Assembly: GCA_051362555.1 (NCBI GenBank)
Contig: CM120649.1
Coordinates: forward strand, 2,542,001-2,606,000
Source of the DNA: Lingula anatina
Taxonomy: Eukaryota; Animalia; Brachiopoda
DNA length: 64,000 nucleotides
Direction of reading: 5' to 3'
Shown here: piece after piece, positions 32,457 through 44,412 of the stretch
How the letters are laid out: every line of letters begins with the position of its first letter
Position numbering within the stretch: position 1 is the stretch's first letter
Notes under the pieces: model-generated
What the model was told of the DNA's origin: nothing
Seen by the model: only the letters and a program-made list of their open reading frames with translations
The model's database searches: none
Made by a program: the position numbers and the translations under genes

Positions 32457-33028
32457 TACTTTGATATGTTTAAAAAATGACACTGTACGACAAGTGTTTT
32501 TCCCCTTAATGAATCAAGCTTGCACGACCTCTTGTATTCTTGTTACTAAATGCTTTTAAAAATATCATCAGTAATACCAGTATTTACTGTGAGACCAGCA
32601 GGAATATTGTAACACTAAAAAAGGCGCTGGGACATTATGGTTTTACCCGCCGCGTCACCGTTACCGCGTCTCCTCACACACTACACGTGGATTAGCTACT
32701 TGGACCTTAGGTCACACTCTTAACTTGAACCCCCTGGATTTTAGGATTTGTCGGTGTATTTGCATAGGTCGAAATGCACCCTTGTCACATTTTTTTCTAG
32801 GTAGATGAGTAATATCGTATTTCATTTTTTCTATGATATCCTTCTTTTCATGTACGAAATGTGAGTTTCGACGTAAGTTGTGTTTTATTTTACAAAAAAA
32901 AGAAAAATGAAATGCTGAGTGCTCTCTGTCTCCGTCTCTCTCTCTCTCTCCCCCCCTCAAATTATAGCAAAGAAATTCTAACTTACGGTCTTTACCAAAT
33001 TGGTAGTGCCGTTTCCTTAGAACAATCA

Positions 33029-33490
33029 TTTTTATGTACAGACACAGATGTGTCTGTACATATTGAAATCAACTGCGTCTGTCGTCTCCGTCGTCGCCGT
33101 CACCGTGCACTTTCAGCGTAAACACGATAAGTGGAAGACAGTTGTACTTTTGGCCTTTATATTTACAGAGCTGATAAATATTCATAATACGCAGGTCAAG
33201 TTCGAAAATCAGCATGATCGGGCCATTATTGTAGAAGTTATGCGGTTTTTTCACTTTTCAGCATATATGCAACACTGTAAACGCATTTCAAGGAAAACCG
33301 ATAGGCCTGTTGTCATGAAACTAACAGGAGTAATCAGTCTTACTAAAAAGCAGGTCAAGTTCGAAAATCAGCATGATCGGTCTATTATTTTAGTAGTTAT
33401 GCTGTTTTCTTTCACTTTTCAGCATATATGCAACACTGTAAACACAATATAAGAAAAACACATTTCCTCAGATTCAATTCTTTGGCATGT
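33029..33490 (+). mobile_element. Helentron-associated (HINE/DINE-like) non-autonomous element
   Basis: T-rich start, hairpin TGTACAGACACAGATGTGTCTGTACA, (CGT)n-like tract, and ~159-bp internal tandem units (CAGGTCAAGTTCGAAAATCAGCATGATCGG at ~33192 and 33351). Confidence 0.6.
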
Positions 33491-33824
33491 TACATGTAAC
33501 AGTCTCATTATTTAACTAATAAGATATGTAAAAGTGTTTGATTGAAAACTACCGACACTATACCGAAACGTACAGGAACACGCTGTCGGTGGAAGGGTTG
33601 TCTGAACAGCAGGCTGAGCGCTAAAACAAAGAACTCAAACTGATTGCACTGCGCTACACTTGCCTATATCAAACATTGTCTCTTATCATATTTACCAGGT
33701 ATAAATTATAGACACGTTAATATTTAATAAAATCAGGTGATTTTGCAACAGTCCATGGGTCCAAGTAGGCGATAGGATAATACAGAAAATTCGAAGCCTT
33801 TTAAACTTAGAATATGTAAGGTTC

Positions 33825-34110
33825 TTTACCTTATTGACAACAAGCAAACAGAGCTACTCATCCAGGAATTTGTGGCTTCTAGACATGATTATTTCAACAT
33901 CCTGTTGTTCGGAATGCCTACCTATCAGATGGAAAAAAATCAGTCTATTCAGAATTCAGCAGCTCGTCTTATTCGTAAACTCAGAAGTCACACCACATCA
34001 CGTGGTTCTCACATGTACACCAGTTCTCCACGATTTTCATTGGTTACCCACATGCAGCCTCAAAGAATAGTCTATAAGCTATTATTATTGACTTTAAATG
34101 AACAATATAA
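33825..34110 (+). mobile_element. L2-type LINE 3' RT fragment (probable (ATT)n tail at ~35500-35560)
   Basis: ASRHDYFNILLFGMP...IQNSAARLI...TPVLHDFHWLP...RIVYKLLLLT. Confidence 0.75.
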
Positions 34111-34199
34111 TTTGCATCCTTGATTTTGATACCAGCTCATGGTATTAAAATCAAGGATGCAAATAAATTAGCCTTTTCTCTCCATTTTATTAAGAAAAT

Positions 34200-34238
34200 G
34201 CCCTACGGCCGTTTCGGCCCTGAGGCCTCATCAGGGGC
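34200..34238 (-). ncRNA. Minimal type I hammerhead ribozyme (Penelope-associated)
   Basis: Minus strand reads GCCC CUGAUGA GGCC-UCAG-GGCC GAAAC GGCC GUA GGGC: full core, stem I, stem II, palindromic stem III loop and GUA cleavage triplet. Confidence 0.85.
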
Positions 34239-35189
34239 GAAAACAAAACAAATTACAAAAAAGACTCTGGTAAAAAACGGTCAGTGTAAGACGTCGCACA
34301 CAGAATATTCACGTGTGACGTAAGCGCTACGTCGCTCGTATAGGTGACAAAAGAAGTTCGGATTAAAGGTCACGGCCACCATCTCGCGTAACTCCGTAAA
34401 TTTCCTGGACGTAACCTTCAACCTGAAAGATGGATCCTTCGGACATTATAAAAAAAACCCAACGCAGCACTACGCTATGTGCACCGTAAATCTAACCACC
34501 CGGAATGCGTCATAAAAGCCATACCAAACTCAGTAAACACAAGACTATCTACGATTTCTAGTGATGAAAGCATGTTAGAGTCATCAAAGAGGGAGTACCA
34601 GGAAGCGCTCGAGTCGGCCGGTTTCAGCCACAAACTACATTATACAAACGTTGCTGCAAAATCCAGAAAATCTCGCAAAAGAAATATCCACCTTTTAATA
34701 GAAATGTACAGACTAATGTCGGTAAAGTATTTCTAAGACTTATTAACTCCCATTTCCCACCAGGTTCTTTATTATACAATATTTTTAATAAAAACAACAT
34801 TAAAGTTAGCTACAGCTGCATGGATAATATTGCCCAAATTATTTAAACTAAGAACAACAGTTTGATGAATAATTCTAGGGTTGTAGATAATGTATCAGAT
34901 GTAAAAACATGTAACTGTTGGATAAAAAGCGAATGCCCAATCAATGGCAAATGTCTAGAAAAATGTAGTTTATAAGGCAACTGTGATAACCAATAGCGAA
35001 ACAAAAGAATACATCGGTATATCTGGATGTGAATTTAAATATAGATAAGACCTCTTTCAACTGCTCATCCAAGCGTCACCACACCTCTTTGTGCAGCTAT
35101 ATTTGGACTCTTAAGAACAAAAAAATCAACTATGGGCTGAAATGGTCAATACTAAAGAAAGCTCGACCATATTTGAACATAACCAAACG

Positions 35190-35224
35190 GTGACGAGGCC
35201 TCAGGGCCGAAACGGCCGTAGGGC
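35190..35224 (+). ncRNA. Truncated hammerhead copy in the Penelope 3' pseudo-LTR
   Basis: gUGACGA GGCC UCAG GGCC GAAAC GGCC GUA GGGC; lacks the first core C and the 5' arm of stem I. Confidence 0.55.
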
Positions 35225-35558
35225 CTTTTTTAATAAAATGGAGAGAAAAAGCTAATCTATTCGCATCTTTGATTATATTTAAGATAACTCAATTGTTTTG
35301 TGGTCCACATTTTATTAACGTATTAAAGGTGGCTTTGAATTATTCTTATCACTCTTTTGAAAGGAATTTTAAAAATCTTTTTTTCATGTAAAAATATTTT
35401 GATTAACTTTAATATTTTAGTTTTAAATACCTTTATGTTAGTTTTAAATTTATCTTCGTGGTTTTAGTTTTTTAATGTCATGTAAGCAACACTGAGACGC
35501 ACGTACAGCGCGGTTTTAAAAATGTATTATTATTATTATTATTATTATTATTTTATTA

Positions 35559-35589
<31 letters not shown>

Positions 35590-35696
35590 TACATAAATCA
35601 TTTGAAAATATTTGAAAAGTACCAAAGTCCGGATGAATTGGCAGTGACAGGCTGGAAAGGTAATACATGCAAAACCATTGACATTCCCCGCCTTAA

Positions 35697-37750
35697 GGAG
35701 GGAATGTAGGTTTGAGATTTTCTCTTAAAATAAAGGTCTTGGCTTTTTTATTCCTGTCACATTCATTTAACGTATCTTCAAAATATCTAATTATGCTTGG
35801 AACACAGCTTTAACTTTATCGTGTGACGTAATATTGGGATTTTGGGGACAAAAACACCATTTTTATACACCTGATTTTCTCAGGCACCTGGACAGCTATA
35901 AACTTGCTTTTGATGTCATTATGACACTTGAACAAAGTACTACAGCATGGAGTCAGGGATTTTTCTTCAGACACTTATTGTTGATTTTATCTATAAAAAC
36001 GTGAAATTACATCAAAATATTAGGGAATTTTCACTTTCAAAGTCTATAAATTAGAAAAGAGAGGATCAATCAAAATTTCTTAAAAAGCACTTTTAGAGCA
36101 TACTGTTCATAATTAGCATGGTGAATTTGGTCTCCCTCAGGTGTACAGGTAGATAGTTAAAGCTTGTTAAGATAACGCTATCTCGTCAATATTGAAAGCA
36201 AAGAAAACGAGCAAAAACCCTTTCAGTGAAGTTAATTGTCCATATAAGCAAATAAAATTGTTGACAGCTTTACCTGTTATCGTTCTGACGATCGCGAAGA
36301 TGGGTACTCTTTTGCCGGTTGAAATTAGCTTGTTTGCATGTATTTGGATGTCAGAAAATCTTATTTTTGTATCAATCTCACCTCCTGTTAGTAACTTCAA
36401 GGGGTTACCGCTAGCACTGCCAGAATGATTGACAGGCAATCAAGTAAGCCCTAATGACCCAAGCAAACAGTGGCCACGTCAATTGCCGTCGGGGCAAGTG
36501 TTAGGGATGCGCTCTAGGATGTGCACACAATAGCAGCATCGCATGCGGTCTTGTCCACATTCGCCAAGCGAAAAATGGTTCGAAAACACGGTCGTGTTAC
36601 AGGACGCCGATCGGACCACCAACAACAAGAAATAGACGCAACCAGAAAGGCTTTGTTAGAGGAAATGTCTAAAGTTGGGTGAGTCAGGAAAAATTCTGCG
36701 ATAATTGTTGAAGAAAAAAAAACACTATGTCGGCCTTTAAAGTGCGTACATGAATCCAGAACTGTACCTAGAATTGATGCTAAGGCTAATTCTCCAGCTC
36801 ATAATTCGGAAAAATCAAAATGTTTATAATAAGCTCTTTCGTGATCTCAGCCTGATATAGTTCGCGCGGAGTCTAGCGATATCATTAGATTTATTTGCTT
36901 TACTTTCTTTAATGCACATGTATTGAACCTATGCGCCACCCAGTGAATAATTATGCTAGGGTGTGGGCTCAAGTCTTGTATTTACGCAAAACAATCTTGT
37001 GTGTTATTCCAGTATATTCCATACAGGTGACTTTAATAAGCAGAGAATTTCTTTATATTCCGTGAAAAATACACTAAATTAATATAAAATAATAACATGG
37101 TTGGCCAAAAAATGTACGCACAGTGCATCCGTGCGTATGCCTAGTTACCCCCATGTATATTTTTAAAATCTAACACTAAACTGCATCGACCTGTTGGCGA
37201 AAATGGATAGAAAGAATGACGATTGTTGTCACGGGTAGCAAGCAACGGAATTTTCTTCTTTTCTTTTGCGTATCTCAAAAAGTTAACAAGAAAATCGAAA
37301 GAACGCGTGTAACAACAAGCAATATTCAAGGGAGAACGAGTATTTCGAGCAAATCCAATGTGTCGGAAAAGATTCATCTTAGCGCTGATCACAATCAAGA
37401 GAGACTATCAAAACAGCTTAAGCGGAACAATAGGCACTGCTTTGCCGATCGCTGTTTATGACAAAGGGGGCATGGCGCATCCCTGTTCTATTGTTTCCCT
37501 AGACGTGCTGATGCTGCTAAGGTCCGCCCACCGAGTTTACCCATGCCAACGGCCCTTGACAACGAAGGCGGGGCATATACCAGGCCACCGCTGTCGATGT
37601 GTGCAGCATCAGAATAATCAGAAAAAACAATTTTTTTGTTCAAAATGTAAAAATTTTATTCTGTTAAACGTTAAATACACGTTTAACCAATAATTAGACA
37701 TAAAAAAACAAAAATGGCTATTTTTAGCTATATTTGGGTACATCCGCTCC
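35697..37750. mobile_element. Non-autonomous TTAA-target DNA element (Kolobok-like) with nested fragments
   Basis: TTAA|GGAGGGAATGTA ... TACATCCGCTCC|TTAA; the flanks rejoin into one unit of the 340-bp repeat. Confidence 0.6.
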
Positions 37751-37759
37751 TTAACAATG

Positions 37760-39150
37760 AGCAGTAAACAATTTGTCCCTGTACAAAATCAGATTACCAA
37801 CTTAAAATAACTTCACAGACAATCAGCGTCTGGGATAATAAACTAGTTCAATTCTGCTATCTCTTGTCTCATGTGCCTCGTCGTAGGTTTAATTGAGTCA
37901 TCTAGAATGTGTTGAAAATCAGAAAATAATTAGGATATGTTTTGAGGAATGTCTCCTTTATCGCTAAACATGGGGCGACTTATATTGGCAGTATCCAAGA
38001 TACGTGTGCAGGGCGTACATCTCGGGTGACTCTAGCTATCAGGACGAGTGAGGTGTGTTCTCACGTACACTCAAGTCTACAGTTAGTGCAAACTTAAAAA
38101 AACATAGTTTGAAGGTATTTGGAAAGTTCCAAAACCCCGTAAAAATAAGATGTAAATCATTGGTAGTGTCGGGCGGGGTAGGTAATGATTGCTTAATCAT
38201 TGACATTCTCCTGTCCTTGTATTGAGCGGTAAACAACACCTCCTTGAACAAAATGTTATCGAAGTCCCTACTTAGAATAACTTCACAGACAATCAGCGCC
38301 TTGGTTAATTAACTACTTCAGTTCTGCTATGTCTTTATCGTGGTGCGGTGTACAGCTCAGATGACTCCGGCTATCAGGACGAGTAAGGTGTGTTCTCACA
38401 TTCACCCAAGCCTACATTTTGTGTTGACTTAAAGAATTATTGTTTGAAAGTATTTGGAAAGTTCTAAAACCACGTAAAATAAGATGTTATTCATCAGTAG
38501 TGTCGGGCGGGGAAGGTAATAACTGCTTAATTATTGACATTCTATTGTCTTTGCATTGAACAGTAAACAATATGTCTCTGTCCAAAATGTTATCAGAGTG
38601 CCTACTTAGAAGAACTTCACAGACAATCAGCGCCTGGGTTAATTAATTAGCAGTTCTGATATCTCTTGTAACAAGTACCTCGTGGTGCGGTGTACATCTC
38701 AGGTGACTCCGGCTATCAAGACGAGTGAGGTGGGTTCTCACGTACACCCAAGTCTACAGTTAGTGGAAACGTAAAGAACCATAGTTTGAAGGTATTTGAA
38801 AAGTTCCAAAACCCCGTTAAATAACATGTTAGACATTAGTAGTGGCGGGCGGGTAAGGTAATAACTGCTTATACATTGACATTCTCCTGTCCTAGTGTTG
38901 AGCGGTAAACAACACCTCCTTGAACAAAATGTTATCAAAGTCCCTACTTTGAATAATTTCACAGACAATCAGCACATTGATTGATTAACTTCTTCAGTTC
39001 TGCTATCTCTTGTAATAAGTGCCACGTGGTCCGGCCTACAGCTCAGGTGACTCCGGCTATCAGGACGAGTGAGGTGTGTTCTCACGTACACCCAAGTGCA
39101 CAGTTGTGCAGGCTTAAATGAACCATCTAGAATGTGTTCAACATAAGAAT
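37760..39150. repeat. ~335-345-bp tandem repeat array (~4 units) upstream of TRIM copy 3
   Basis: Anchor GACGAGT(G/A)AGGTG recurs at ~38043, 38378, 38720 and 39064; CACAGACAATCAGC at ~37814, 38284, 38618 and 38960. Confidence 0.85.
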
Positions 39151-40236
39151 ATAAACTAAACACCCGTGCTTTAAATTCAACTTGATAATTGGCTATTACA
39201 CTTGAATGCAAGTATTTTTTTTCTTTTTGCCGAGGAGGAAATGATATTGGAAAATCACTTGAAACATATCTTTCGCTCATTAAACTACAGTTTTTTTTTC
39301 TTATTTAACCAAAATACCGTTTAAAATGCAAACCCATGAAACTGCCTGAGGGGATGTAATCAAAAGGGAAGTAAATGGCATTTTAGTTTATTTATTTTTA
39401 CAAAGATACTTGGCAGATAAAATCCATAATACTTTGATGTAATATTCATGAATAATGTCTGCAATATTTGCAGGCGTGGAAACAATAATCTTTTTAATTA
39501 TACAGGGAAGCAATCGGAAGTTAAAAGAAAAAAATACTTGATCAGGTTACCTTTATCAAACCAGGGGATTGTGTGTGGGAGGGGGGGGGTGAGTTTGTGC
39601 GACTGTTACACACGTAAAATAAAGATCTACAAGAGAAACTGAAAACTAGGCCTACCGACACCGCACCGAAACGATGACGTTAGAAGGGTTGTCTGAACAG
39701 CAGGCTGAGCGTTAAGACAATTAAAGAAATCAAACTAATTGCACTTGCCTATCTCAAACATTGTCTCTTATCATGTTTACCAGAAATAAATTATAGACAC
39801 GTTAATGTTTAATAACATCAGATGATTCTGTTACAGTCCATGGGTCCAAGGAGGGTGGCGAGAGGATAATACATTTGCTGTCTCTAACAGAAAGAATTGA
39901 CTTAAATTTCACAAAATGTCACCTTTCTCGTAATCCTTTCTACATGTAAATGCAGGCCAATCTTAACACAATGTCATTGTAAGGTGATTTAAGACTCTTC
40001 GGCGCGTCGGTCATCAAAGTGTAGGCTACCCTTGCAACCCTCACCGTCCTTTGCACAGATTTCATCACCCAGTCAGGTGACGCGGCCTGGTGTTCTTGTA
40101 TATAACACAGACGCAGTGTGAAACAATCCAGTCAACGATAGAAAATTCGCCATACGAGAGACTACACTATGTTTTAAAGTGACGAGTCACATTATACTAC
40201 TTTTTGGCTGTAGGTAACCACTATTGAACTTAAGTC

Positions 40237-42084
40237 ATGGCATCCAAGAAGCTGTATGATGTATTCAGTGACAACTTTCTCACGTGTCACATCTGTCTTC
40301 ATGAGTATGATGACCCGCGTGTCCTCCCATGCTATCACACTTTCTGTCTGGCTTGTCTTGCCCAGCACGTGGCAGCGAGTGGGACTGGAGGCAATATCGC
40401 GTGTCCAGTGTGCCGCCAGGAGGCGCCTGTTCCACCAGGTGGGCTGGAGAAACTTGTCCGTAACTTCTTTTTGTCCAAAGTGAAGGACTTCATGTTGACA
40501 ACAGAGAATAAAAACAAAATATGCGGTAACTGTCACTTACAAGTAGCTCAATTTTACTGTCAAGATTGCAAACATTTTTTCTGTGAGAACTGTCAACAAA
40601 AACAGCATGACGCTATAAAATTTCTGCAGGGACACACAATGATTTCAGTGTCTGATCATGATAAGCAAGTCCAGGAAGAAATGGACGCTACGAGATTTTG
40701 TGATAAACACAAAGGACAACAGATAACCTTTTATTGCACTGATGACGATGTTGTTGTGTGTCGTGACTGTATTCTCACCAAACACAACAAACACAACTGT
40801 GTAGACATTGCAGATGTAGCAGAAATCCATAAAAAGAAAATAAACAGTGCTTTTAATAATGTATCGAAGAACATTGCATTGTTTGAAAAAGCAGAGTCGG
40901 AAATATCTAAGCAACAGAAAGATACAACTGACGTCGTAAACAAAACGGTGGCCGACATACAACAACAGGAGGCAGATATTATAAAAGAGGTTCAGCGTAT
41001 TTCTGCTCAATTGATAGCAGAAGCAAAAGACCACGCCGCAACGCACATGAAGTCACTCGAGGCTGAGAAAGATCGTGTTCAACTACAGAAAGTATCCATC
41101 CACACCACATGTGAGTTTGCCAAACAGCTTGTTCAACGTGGCTCTCACACGGAGTTGATGACACACGCTAAAAATATCCAAGCAAGGATGAAAGAATTGA
41201 ACAATATTAGACCCACCGTACATGTAAAAACAACAGAGATAAGTTTCAGTAAAGGCAAACTTCCAGCGGACTTCTTTGGTCGCGTGAATAAGTTAGAATG
41301 GCTAAGTACTGCATCTTTGGTGGGTGAGCTTGATAGCAGTATGGAAGATGTATGGGACATATCGTGCAGTCAAAGTGGAACAATATATTTAGTTTCCAGG
41401 CAATCAGATAAACTAACAGCGATATCACCATCTCATGAGGTGATATTCCAGGTGTATGTATCAGATCCCAGAGGTGTCACCGTGCTCAGTGATGACAGAC
41501 TGGTGGTTACATGTGATTATGGATGCCGAGTGTATTCCTCCTCCGGGAAACATGTCCAAACATTTGGTCAGGGTGACATGTCTGCGCCCTGGGGTGTTAC
41601 AGTGGACAACAATGGACACATACTTGTCTGTGACAAGTACAATAAATGTGTCTGTGTGTATGACGCTGTGCAGTACAATCTTATCAATAAGATCAGTGTT
41701 CCTATGTGTAATAATCCACAATACATTGCAGTGCTCCCATGTCGTGACACCATTGTGGTGGGTGACAGGGGCGGACACTGTGTATATGGAGTGACCCCCC
41801 AGGGCGATGTAGTGTTCCAGTATGGTACACCAGGTGAGGGAGGCTCAGGTGATGGATACCTGGACTCCCCCTGGGGAGTTTGTACAGACAGCGTGGGGCA
41901 CATCTTCATTGCTGACCTGTTGAATAACAGGGTGGTTGTTCTGACTTCAGATGGTCAACTGTTGAGATACGTGGTGGGTCCACAGCAGGTTTCAGCACCA
42001 GCAGGTGTGGCCATTGATAACAAAGGACAGCTTGTAGTGGGAGAGTGGCTAGGCGAGGTGAAAACCTTTCGCTATGTTTTTTAA
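40237..42084 (+). CDS. TRIM-NHL E3 ubiquitin ligase, copy 3, 615 aa
   Basis: Same architecture as copies 1 and 2 with an intact ORF; candidate acceptor TTGCACAG at 40058; AATAAA at 42529. Confidence 0.93.
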   Translation: MASKKLYDVFSDNFLTCHICLHEYDDPRVLPCYHTFCLACLAQHVAASGTGGNIACPVCRQEAPVPPGGLEKLVRNFFLSKVKDFMLTTENKNKICGNCHLQVAQFYCQDCKHFFCENCQQKQHDAIKFLQGHTMISVSDHDKQVQEEMDATRFCDKHKGQQITFYCTDDDVVVCRDCILTKHNKHNCVDIADVAEIHKKKINSAFNNVSKNIALFEKAESEISKQQKDTTDVVNKTVADIQQQEADIIKEVQRISAQLIAEAKDHAATHMKSLEAEKDRVQLQKVSIHTTCEFAKQLVQRGSHTELMTHAKNIQARMKELNNIRPTVHVKTTEISFSKGKLPADFFGRVNKLEWLSTASLVGELDSSMEDVWDISCSQSGTIYLVSRQSDKLTAISPSHEVIFQVYVSDPRGVTVLSDDRLVVTCDYGCRVYSSSGKHVQTFGQGDMSAPWGVTVDNNGHILVCDKYNKCVCVYDAVQYNLINKISVPMCNNPQYIAVLPCRDTIVVGDRGGHCVYGVTPQGDVVFQYGTPGEGGSGDGYLDSPWGVCTDSVGHIFIADLLNNRVVVLTSDGQLLRYVVGPQQVSAPAGVAIDNKGQLVVGEWLGEVKTFRYVF

Positions 42085-43552
42085 CTACAATCTAAGTACT
42101 ATAACAGACATTACCAAGCAACATCATTTTTACCAGAAAAAGAGAGACGAATTACAGCGAAAGTGTTCATGAACATTATTTGTTGAACACATAATCATGG
42201 ATATTTCTGAAATTATAACTGTTATATTGGAAGGTGATGATATTGGCTAAAAAACTATTAGTTATAACATAATGGGAGAGTAAAATAATTCATTATGTAC
42301 GTTTAAATTCCACACACTAACCAATTTCATCCAGAGGTTCAAAAGCGACAACAAAACCAATTTAATTATTTCTTTTACTATTTTTTACAGTCAGGTTATA
42401 CTACTGTATTATAAAAATACAATTTTTTTTTTAGCACTGATATAGTTAAAAATGTTTCTAAAAAAAGGACACAGTACGACGAGTGATTTTACCTTCAATG
42501 AATCAAATGTACATGAAACAAGCTTGTAAATAAATGATTTTAGAAATATCGTCAGAAATAATTTGTGAATGCGCAGTTTGTGTTTTTTTATCTTTTTAAT
42601 TTTTTTTTAATTCTTCCTCTCCATTCCCTGCTTTTCATCAGAAATGCCATTTAGAAACAAATGTATTTCACCTTTAACTGTACAATAAGCATTGAAATGA
42701 TTTTGAATATTAGCACCTTCTGAAACCGCCGAAGAATTATCATTAAAAGTAGATTTATTCCACGTTGCTACGGAAAGGCGACAGGTACGCCATTGCGCAT
42801 TTGTTCAACAGATATCCTAACTCGAGGGAATGGCCAGCTCAGACTGGCAGAATGGCAGAGTGGCAACGGCTGATTGAAAACTGTTCAAAACTTGACCTTC
42901 TTAACTAAATTATGACAACATTTAAACAAATTTTCCTTTCGTAAAAGCAATTGACGGGAGTTGGCCGCCGAGTTCATTACTAAATGTATTTAGAGAATGT
43001 GATAGTATTTAGCTTTATTCGTTTGAAGGGGTGTTTTACGGTGAAATGAGAATTTTTTCTCTCGGTATGCATGTAAAACTCTACATGTACACTGCCACCC
43101 TCTGATGACATATGCCTTGAACACCTATCACTGAGGCTCCAGATGTTCTGGGATACATCTCTTGGCGTATTGTCTCGCCTGTGACAGTCACACCCACCAG
43201 TGAGAACGGTAAAGGACCACACCCTTTCGCTCTCTCCTTGTTACTCAGTCAGGTAAGTGACATAATATGCTAACAGTATATAGTTTATTAATCATAAATA
43301 ACATTACAGGTGATACAGTAATGTGTTTGGTTAACTACGATTTTATATCATAAATAACGCGATAATGGAAAAGACCGACTGTCGTGAGTAACAAATACAT
43401 GCATGATCGGAGTTGAATTACTACTACTACCAGTTCTCTCATATTGTATTTAAATTGTGATGTGGAGCGTCGATGAAATCATGAAAATAATCTCTCTTCA
43501 TCTCCCCTCCCTCGTTCCTTCTTACTTCGCTTCTTTTTCTACCTCTTTGACC

Positions 43553-43590
<38 letters not shown>

Positions 43591-43711
43591 GTATTAGATT
43601 TAATAAAAATATACTCAAAAGGGCTCCGACGAGACTCAACATCCGACCAATGTATCCGAGATACAGATAAAAGCTATGCCCCCGTGTCTTTCCAGGTTGC
43701 TGTAGTACGCC

Positions 43712-44412
43712 ATGAAGACTGCCTCCGTTAGCTACGTTTTGGTCATAGCCTTTTATGGCTGCCTGTGTGGAGTTTATTGGGAAGTTCCAAGCCATCACCT
43801 GCGTCTGCCGGCGCCGTCGTCGGTCGTGCTGGTCGACAGAAATCGTTATACATTGAAACAAACCAAGTCAGGGAGGGGGTTGACTATATTAGGAACCTAT
43901 TCTTTAACAACATGAGTTTAAAGAAAAAATATTTCAATTGAGTGGATTCGGCGACAGACATACAAACAAGCGACAAAGGGCAACGAGCACACATTTACCT
44001 TAATAATTTTCTACTTTTATTAAATTTCTTTCATTCATTTATCCAATGAATGTTGACATGCTTTCGGCTATGTGCTCGTGTTCCAGTTTCCTTTTCTTCT
44101 TTTTTTTTCTTTACAGAGTGCGATCGTCTGCCCACAAAGGAGATCCGTGTGTACATCAGCAGCGTGTCAAGCAACCTGGAACTCAAGAAACAACAACAGA
44201 GGATACAGATGGTTCTCAGCGGGAAGAACATCGACGCACAATACATCGATATCTCCTCAAACAACGCCGCCAAGGAATTCATGAGGGCAAGTGCAGGACC
44301 GTCGAGTCTTCCCCCACAGCTTTTTAACGGCGAGGAATACCTAGGTGATTACCAAGCTTTTGAGGAAGCAGTTGAAGACGAACGTCTTATGGAGTTCCTA
44401 AAGTTGAACTGA
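43712..44412 (+). pseudogene. SH3BGRL copy C: intact domain exon (44117-44412) but damaged signal exon; probable pseudogene
   Basis: Signal exon has a +1 frameshift (GCCTTTTATG vs GCCATTATG) and its donor is mutated to G|GGAAGT. The domain exon has AAG at the ancestral ATG. Confidence 0.75.

Larger units (their letters stand above)
34148..35275 (+). mobile_element. Penelope-like retroelement fragment (RT thumb + GIY-YIG) bounded by inverted pseudo-LTR copies
   Basis: Degenerate VNFLDVTFNL, YVHRKSNHP, KVSYSCM, CNC..CP..GKCL, YKAT...YIG, WSILKKARPY. 34148-34232 is an inverted copy of 35191-35275. Confidence 0.85.
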
